NCBI GenBank assembly: GCA_902550615.1
Contig: CACDAB010000005.1
Span: 1,560-65,559 of the forward strand
Length of the DNA stretch: 64,000 bases
Origin: an uncultured Pelagibacteraceae bacterium
GTDB taxonomy: Bacteria; Pseudomonadota; Alphaproteobacteria; Pelagibacterales; Pelagibacteraceae
Reading direction: 5' to 3'
The notes under the pieces are model-generated. The model saw only the letters and a list, made by a program, of their open reading frames with translations, did no database searches and was not told the DNA's origin. This document shows, in pieces, positions 58,400 through 64,000 of this stretch. Within the stretch, counting starts at the first letter, position 1; each line of letters begins with the position of its first letter. The translations under genes and the position numbers were made by a program.

Positions 58400-58730
58400 T
58401 TTAAAACTGGTTGTTAATAATCTTGATAAAAAAAAATTTAATGAAAATCATTTTTTTGAAAAAAATGAGCTTAAAATAATATTAGATTTATATGCAAAAA
58501 TGGTTTCAGAGGGTTCTTGGAAAGATTACGGTCTTAATATTTCAAGCAAACAGGTAGGATTTAGTGTTTTTAAAAATGCAGCTGAAAATGCTATTTATAA
58601 AATTTGCAAAAACTTTAAGCCAAAAAATAAAAATTTAAAATATTTAATTACGGATACCAATGGTAAAATACTAAGGAATTCCTCAGACCTTAATTTGTTG
58701 TTAAAAAATACTAATTGGAAAAAACTTTAA
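58389..58730 (+). CDS. conserved hypothetical protein, DUF2794-like
   Basis: 113 aa. ELKIILDLYAKMVSEGSWKDYGL...GFSVFKN resembles, from memory, the alphaproteobacterial DUF2794 pattern. Overlaps yciB by 11 nt. Confidence 0.5.
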   Translation: MKNNLKLVVNNLDKKKFNENHFFEKNELKIILDLYAKMVSEGSWKDYGLNISSKQVGFSVFKNAAENAIYKICKNFKPKNKNLKYLITDTNGKILRNSSDLNLLLKNTNWKKL

Positions 58731-58737
58731 AATAAAA

Positions 58738-59502
58738 TTATCTTCTTTGACCGAAAAGTCTTAAGAGCATAATAAATAGGTTAATGAAATCTAAATAAAG
58801 AGTCAGAGCACCCATTACCGCTTTTTTACCCATTAACTCGCCAGTATCACTAGCAGAGTACATGTTTTTTATTTTTTGAGTATCATAAGCAGTAAGGCCT
58901 ACAAAAATTAAAACTCCTAAAATTGAAATCACGAAATACATCATTGAAGATTTTAGAAAAATATTAACTAATGATGCAATAATAATTCCTATTAGTCCCA
59001 TCATCAAAAATGATCCGAACTTAGTTAAATCTCTCTTTGTTGTATAACCATAAATGCTCATAGCACCAAAAGTAGCTGAACAAATAAAAAATACTCTTGT
59101 TACACTTAAACCTGTGTAAACTAATAAAATTGAAGATAGTGATAAACCCATTAAACCAGCAAAAATCCAAAAAGTTGTCTGAGCTTTTGATGCACTCATT
59201 TTATTGATCCCAAAACTCATATAAAACACGACACCCAAAGGAGCTAACATAACTATCCACTTAAGTCCTGATAAATAAACGGCATTTCCAACTTCAGTTA
59301 AAGCCACAATAGAACCACTTGCATCAGTAACAACTGACATCTTAAATGTTATCAACGCTATAATTCCTGTAAGTAATATTCCAGTCGCCATGTAGTTATA
59401 AACTTTTAACATGTAGGCTCTTAAGCCCTCATCAGTAACCGCAGTGGTTTCACGTGCTGCTGCTCTTGCTCTTGCTAGAATACCTTTTTTGTCTGTTGCC
59501 AT
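58738..59502 (-). CDS. Bax inhibitor-1/YccA family membrane protein
   Basis: 254 aa, 7 TM, BI-1-type sequence (YDTQKIK, LYLDFINLFIMLLRL). Confidence 0.85.
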   Translation of the reverse strand: MATDKKGILARARAAARETTAVTDEGLRAYMLKVYNYMATGILLTGIIALITFKMSVVTDASGSIVALTEVGNAVYLSGLKWIVMLAPLGVVFYMSFGINKMSASKAQTTFWIFAGLMGLSLSSILLVYTGLSVTRVFFICSATFGAMSIYGYTTKRDLTKFGSFLMMGLIGIIIASLVNIFLKSSMMYFVISILGVLIFVGLTAYDTQKIKNMYSASDTGELMGKKAVMGALTLYLDFINLFIMLLRLFGQRR

Positions 59503-59584
59503 AATTTCTATAGATATATAGTCTTTTACTAAATATTCAAGATACCTTAAAAGATTAATAAAAAATTATACTTTAAAAATCACT

Positions 59585-60625
59585 ATGAATTATAAAAAAT
59601 TAGGCAATACGGATCTTGATGTGAGTACAATTTGTCTCGGTACTATGACCTGGGGCGAACAAAATACTCAAGAAGAGGGATTTCAGCAAATGGATTATGC
59701 TTTAGATCATGGTGTAAACTTTTGGGACACTGCAGAAATCTATTCCATACCGATGAGAGAAGAAACATATGGGGAAACAGAGAGAATAATCGGTAACTGG
59801 TTTCAAAAAACTAAAAAAAGAGACAAGGTTGTAATAGCAACAAAAGTTTGTGGTAATACTTCAAACAAATATATCAGGGGTGGTGGTTATAATTTTGGGA
59901 AAAAAAAAATTTCTGAAGCTTTAGAGGAAAGTCTCAAAAGATTGAAAACAGACTATATCGATCTCTATCAACTTCATTGGCCAGAGAGAAATACAAATTT
60001 TTTTGGAAAACATGGTTATGAACATGACGAAAACGATAATGATTGGACACCGTTTGAAGAAATTCTTGAAAGTTTAAAAAAATTTATTGAACAAGGTAAA
60101 ATTAGATACATTGGTCTATCTAATGAAACTGCGTGGGGTTTATCAAAATTTCTTGAGATATCAAAATTAAAAGATTTACCAAAAATGATGTCGGTGCAAA
60201 ATCCATACAATTTACTTAATAGAACTTATGAAGTTGGACTTGCGGAAATTTCTGTTAGGGAGAAAAGTGGTTTGTTAGCCTACTCGCCTTTAGCATTCGG
60301 ATACTTAACAGGGAAATATAGAAATAATAATTTACCAGAAAAATCTAGAATGAAACTATTTAAAGATTTCACAAGATATAAAAATGAAAATGGTCAAAAA
60401 GCTATCGAAGAGTATTATAAGTTATCGCAAAAATTCAATATTGATTTTACGCAAATGTCATTGAAGTTTTGTGAAATTCAGCCATTTATGACAAGTGTGA
60501 TAATAGGTGCAACGACAATCGAACAGTTGAAAACAAACATAGAAAGTGTAAATGTAAGTTTAACAAGCGAAATTTTAAATGAGATTAATAAAATTCAAAA
60601 AATGTTCCCAAACCCATGTCCATGA
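59585..60625 (+). CDS. tas: NADP-dependent aldo-keto reductase, Tas-like
   Basis: 346 aa. The N-terminus LDVSTICLGTMTWGEQNT...GVNFWDTAEIY is very similar to E. coli Tas as I remember it. Confidence 0.85.
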   Translation: MNYKKLGNTDLDVSTICLGTMTWGEQNTQEEGFQQMDYALDHGVNFWDTAEIYSIPMREETYGETERIIGNWFQKTKKRDKVVIATKVCGNTSNKYIRGGGYNFGKKKISEALEESLKRLKTDYIDLYQLHWPERNTNFFGKHGYEHDENDNDWTPFEEILESLKKFIEQGKIRYIGLSNETAWGLSKFLEISKLKDLPKMMSVQNPYNLLNRTYEVGLAEISVREKSGLLAYSPLAFGYLTGKYRNNNLPEKSRMKLFKDFTRYKNENGQKAIEEYYKLSQKFNIDFTQMSLKFCEIQPFMTSVIIGATTIEQLKTNIESVNVSLTSEILNEINKIQKMFPNPCP

Positions 60626-61128
60626 TTAAAAAGATTTTATTCATATTTATTCTTTTTACTTTTTTATTCACATCGAAATCTTTTGGAGAAGATCTAAAAA
60701 AAATTGGTAAATATAAAGATTGGGAAACAATGGTTTTAGCGGAAGCATCTGGTAAAGTATGTTTTGCTCAGTCTTCACCAATTCTACAATCTCCTAAAAC
60801 AAATAAAAGAGATGCTAGGTTATTTGTAACATTTAGACCTGGCGAAAAAATTTCAAATGAAATCAGTACTACTGCTGGTTATGAATTTAATAAAAATAAT
60901 ACTGTATTAGCAACCTCAGGAAATAACAAATTTAAATTTGATATTAAGCAACAAGGTTTTGCATGGATGACTAGTAATAAAAAAGAAAAGATTATGGTCA
61001 AGATTATGAAAAAAGGTTCAAGAATAATGGTAACTGGATACAATGAAAAAGGCTCTCAAACAATCGACCATTATTCATTATTGGGATTCACTAAAGCATA
61101 TAACACTGCAAAAAAAGCTTGTAGCTAG
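60616..61128 (+). CDS. exported IalB-like (invasion-associated locus B family) protein
   Basis: Signal peptide, W...C pattern KDWETMVLAEASGKVCFAQ, C-terminal LLGFTKAYNTAKKAC. Confidence 0.5.
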   Translation: MSMIKKILFIFILFTFLFTSKSFGEDLKKIGKYKDWETMVLAEASGKVCFAQSSPILQSPKTNKRDARLFVTFRPGEKISNEISTTAGYEFNKNNTVLATSGNNKFKFDIKQQGFAWMTSNKKEKIMVKIMKKGSRIMVTGYNEKGSQTIDHYSLLGFTKAYNTAKKACS

Positions 61129-61131
61129 TTA

Positions 61132-62319
61132 ATGAAATCAAAAAAAAGAATTGTATTAGCTTACTCAGGCGGTTTGGACACATCCATTATTCTTAAATGG
61201 CTTCAAGAAAATTATGATGCAGAAGTAATTTGTTACACCGCAGATATCGGACAAGAAATAAATAGAAAAAAGATTATTTACAATGCGAGAAAATTTGGTG
61301 TTACAAAAATAATTATAAATGATTTAAAAGATATTTTTGTAAAGGACTATGTATTTCCAATGATCCGTGGTCATGCAATTTATGAGGGTGTTTATCTATT
61401 AGGAACCTCAATCGCCAGACCTCTGATAGCAAAGGATCAAATAAAGGTTGCAAAAAAATTCAAAGCATATGCAGTATCTCATGGGGCTACTGGAAAAGGA
61501 AACGACCAAATAAGATTTGAGCTTGGTTATCATTATTTTGGTCCCAAAATAAAAATTATTGCACCATGGAGAATATGGAATTTAAAATCTCGATCAGATT
61601 TAATTAGTTACGCGAAGAAACGCAATATTCCTATCCCAAAAGACAAAAAAGGTGCATCTCCTTTTTCAGTGGATGATAATTTATTTCATACATCAACTGA
61701 AGGTAAGTTACTAGAAAATCCAAAAAATTCTGCACCAGAATTTATTTTTCAAAGAACTGTTTCTCCAGAAAAAGCTCCTAGCAAAGCTACTCATGTAACA
61801 ATTAATTTTAAAAATGGTGACCCCATTGGTCTTAATGGAAAAAAATTTGGACCAGCAAAATTATTATTTAAACTAAATCAATTGGCAGGAAAAAATGGAA
61901 TAGGAAGAGTTGATCTTGTTGAAAATAGATTTTTAGGCATCAAGTCTAGAGGAGTTTACGAAACTCCAGGTGGTACATTGTTAATCCATGCACATAGAGC
62001 GATTGAGTCAGTTACACTTGATAAAGAAACAATGCACAAAAAAGATGCAATAATGTCAAGGTACGCAGAATTGATCTATAATGGATATTGGTTTTCAAAA
62101 GAAAGGTTTAAACTTCAAAAAATTGTTGATTTGAAAAAAAACAAAGTTAATGGATCTGTTAAACTTAAACTTTATAAAGGCAATGTTACAATTCAATCAA
62201 GAATGACAAAAAGCAATGCTTACTCAATGAAAAAAGTTTCGTTTGAGGAAAATAAATCATTTATTAAATCTAATGTTGAGAAATTTATAAATTTTCACAA
62301 AAAAAAGTTAAGAAACTAG
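61132..62319 (+). CDS. argG: argininosuccinate synthase
   Basis: AYSGGLDTS, SHGATGKGNDQIRFE, GRVDLVENRFLGIKSRGVYETP. Confidence 0.95.
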   Translation: MKSKKRIVLAYSGGLDTSIILKWLQENYDAEVICYTADIGQEINRKKIIYNARKFGVTKIIINDLKDIFVKDYVFPMIRGHAIYEGVYLLGTSIARPLIAKDQIKVAKKFKAYAVSHGATGKGNDQIRFELGYHYFGPKIKIIAPWRIWNLKSRSDLISYAKKRNIPIPKDKKGASPFSVDDNLFHTSTEGKLLENPKNSAPEFIFQRTVSPEKAPSKATHVTINFKNGDPIGLNGKKFGPAKLLFKLNQLAGKNGIGRVDLVENRFLGIKSRGVYETPGGTLLIHAHRAIESVTLDKETMHKKDAIMSRYAELIYNGYWFSKERFKLQKIVDLKKNKVNGSVKLKLYKGNVTIQSRMTKSNAYSMKKVSFEENKSFIKSNVEKFINFHKKKLRN

Positions 62320-62379
62320 CTAATTATTCGGTGACAAATTGGGGATTGTTTATTTTTGAAAAAAACTTAATTTAAATTT

Positions 62380-62838
62380 ATGGAATCGTTTAAAAATTGG
62401 ATGAAAGATACAGCAAACATTTTGTTTGACGATAGCAAAAATGATCTTAGATCATTACCTAAAACAGTAAGATTGCAGATTTTATTGGTGTTAAGTTTTA
62501 TCTGGACTACTGTTTTTAGTTTGTACGTATTCTCATATACAACTTTTGTATTTGGGTGGACTGGACTTTTTTTAGCCCACATTGGATTAATATTTGCGGT
62601 ATATTTGACATTTAAACATTTTCATAGAGCTGAGGAAAATTCTGCCAGCGTTTTTAAAACAAAAAATTTTGACCCCTTTAAGATAATGGTGCTCGTTTTT
62701 GTAATTGTTTTTATATTCGTGTTTTCAAAAGGAATCGAAGTGTTGACAAGTCCAAATCCATATTCTTATTCAATTCCGTATGATGGTTCCTCAAAATCAG
62801 TATTTGAAAAATGGTTACCATTTAGTAAAGATAAATAA
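62380..62838 (+). CDS. hypothetical membrane protein (3 TM)
   Basis: Hydrophobic segments only; no recognised motif. Shares 1 nt (62838) with the next gene. Confidence 0.55.
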   Translation: MESFKNWMKDTANILFDDSKNDLRSLPKTVRLQILLVLSFIWTTVFSLYVFSYTTFVFGWTGLFLAHIGLIFAVYLTFKHFHRAEENSASVFKTKNFDPFKIMVLVFVIVFIFVFSKGIEVLTSPNPYSYSIPYDGSSKSVFEKWLPFSKDK

Positions 62839-63218
62839 TGGAAAAGATAGCTAAAAACCTACAACTTCTTCTAATGTGTATCATTCTGGTAAGCACTGTA
62901 ATTGCAGTTGGAATAGAGATTTATAAAATGTTTGAAAATCGATCGGTTACCTTAGCTGATTTGCTGCTAATGTTTCTTTACTTAGAAGTGCTAGCGATGG
63001 TAAGAGTTTTTTGGAACCAGCAATCCATAAGTATTACATTACCACTACTTATAGCTATTACAGCATTAGCACGATTTATTATTTTACAAGGTAAAGAAAT
63101 GGATCCAAGTGCATTAGTATATGAAGCGGTAGCAATAGTTTTAATTGCAGGTGCTATTGTAATCTTGAGATTAAGACATAGCGATAAATTAGGTCTAAAG
63201 AAAAAAAAATCGAAATAA
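62838..63218 (+). CDS. small 4-TM membrane protein, possibly PsiE-like
   Basis: 126 aa. The topology and the LLMFLYLEVLAMVR segment are reminiscent of the phosphate-starvation-inducible PsiE family. This is a weak assignment. Confidence 0.4.
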   Translation: MEKIAKNLQLLLMCIILVSTVIAVGIEIYKMFENRSVTLADLLLMFLYLEVLAMVRVFWNQQSISITLPLLIAITALARFIILQGKEMDPSALVYEAVAIVLIAGAIVILRLRHSDKLGLKKKKSK

Positions 63219-63224
63219 TTAAAA

Positions 63225-64000
63225 ATGAATTTTGAAGCTTCAAGGGCTAAGGCCTTAGATAAACTAAATAATTTTGTGGAAAACAATCTCTCAGAATATT
63301 CAAAACTTAGAAACTTTGATTATGGACCTGATAACAGGTCTAATATTTCTTGTTTATCTCCATATATTACTCACGGTATTATTAATGAAAAAGAAATTAT
63401 CAAAAAATCTCTTGATAAATTTTCATTTGCAAAAAATGAAAAATTTATTCAAGAAGTACTGTGGCGTACATATTGGAAAGGTTGGTTAGAATTAAGACCC
63501 AGTGTTTGGACAGATTTTTTAATTGAATTAAAAAAGATTAAAGGGGATTTTCAAAACAATCAAAATTATAAAAACGCGATTGATGGAAAAACAAATGTTG
63601 AGTGCTTTAACTATTGGGTCAACGAACTCAAAGAAAATAATTATTTGCATAATCATACTAGAATGTGGTTTGCCAGTATTTGGATTTTTACACTAAATTT
63701 GCCATGGCAATTGGGTGCGGAATTTTTTATGCAACATCTTTATGATGGAGACGCTGCATCAAACACTCTTGGGTGGAGATGGGTTGCAGGTGTTCAAACA
63801 CAGGGAAAACATTATTTAGCAAGTGAGTGGAATATCAAAAAATTTACAAATAATAGATTTAGCAATATTAAATTAAATGAAAACGCTCCACCCAAGATTT
63901 CTGAAAAAAAATACTCAATTTTAAAACAGGATTTTACTAATCCTGAAAATATTGATCAAAATAATTTGATAATATTCGAGAATAACCTCTGTTTTGAAAC
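63225..64000 (+). CDS. photolyase/cryptochrome FAD-binding-domain protein lacking the N-terminal alpha/beta domain (3' end outside the window)
   Basis: My own translation from ATG 63225 is open to the window end. Motifs: SCLSPYITHG, QEVLWRTYWKGW, HNHTRMWFASIW, DGDAASNTLGWRWVAG. It is absent from the ORF track because no stop codon lies in the window. Confidence 0.8.
   Translation, partial: MNFEASRAKALDKLNNFVENNLSEYSKLRNFDYGPDNRSNISCLSPYITHGIINEKEIIKKSLDKFSFAKNEKFIQEVLWRTYWKGWLELRPSVWTDFLIELKKIKGDFQNNQNYKNAIDGKTNVECFNYWVNELKENNYLHNHTRMWFASIWIFTLNLPWQLGAEFFMQHLYDGDAASNTLGWRWVAGVQTQGKHYLASEWNIKKFTNNRFSNIKLNENAPPKISEKKYSILKQDFTNPENIDQNNLIIFENNLCFE

Noticed and set aside
63274-63489. 71-aa ORF from the track
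   Set aside because: It is out of frame inside the photolyase-family CDS that starts at 63225. That frame carries multiple conserved photolyase motifs.

Overview
AT-rich, extremely gene-dense chromosomal core segment with about 70 CDS. Spacers are mostly under 50 nt and many start/stop codons overlap by 1-20 nt. It looks like a SAR11/Pelagibacterales-type marine alphaproteobacterium; this is an inference from composition, streamlining, alphaproteobacterial synteny and a dmdA-dmdB-dmdC DMSP demethylation cluster. Layout: (i) 1-3.1 kb, plus strand: proA (3' part), nadD, rsfS, ctp, rppH. (ii) 3.1-37.7 kb, all minus strand, listed by rising coordinate: atpCDGAH, priA, an orphan 555-aa formyltransferase-like fusion ORF, lpdA-sucBA-sucDC-mdh-mmsA-sdhBADC, asd, dmdA, an alpha/beta hydrolase, dmdB, dmdC, leuBDC, rplS-trmD-rpsP-ffh. 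(iii) A 160-nt divergent spacer carrying a GC-enriched structured element, then dapF-ftsY on the plus strand. (iv) 39.6-57.8 kb, minus strand: exported hypothetical, alpha/beta hydrolase, EamA transporter, small membrane ORF, amidase, TRAP dctMQP, a five-gene 2-hydroxyacid/2-oxoacid/aminotransferase block, a PagL-like OMP, ccmHGFEDC, hspQ. (v) 57.8-64 kb, mixed strands: yciB, DUF2794-like, BI-1, a Tas-like aldo-keto reductase, IalB-like, argG, two small membrane proteins and a 3'-truncated photolyase-FAD-domain protein. I saw no rRNA, tRNA, CRISPR array, transposase, integrase, phage or recognisable defence genes, and no clear-cut novel multi-gene system. The best leads are: the structured RNA in the ffh leader; the orphan formyltransferase-like fusion in a variable slot of a conserved synteny block; the uncharacterised hydrolase inside the dmd cluster; and the hydroxyacid module plus TRAP-amidase unit. 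All product calls rest on by-eye motif recognition and gene context; no database search or computation was run.
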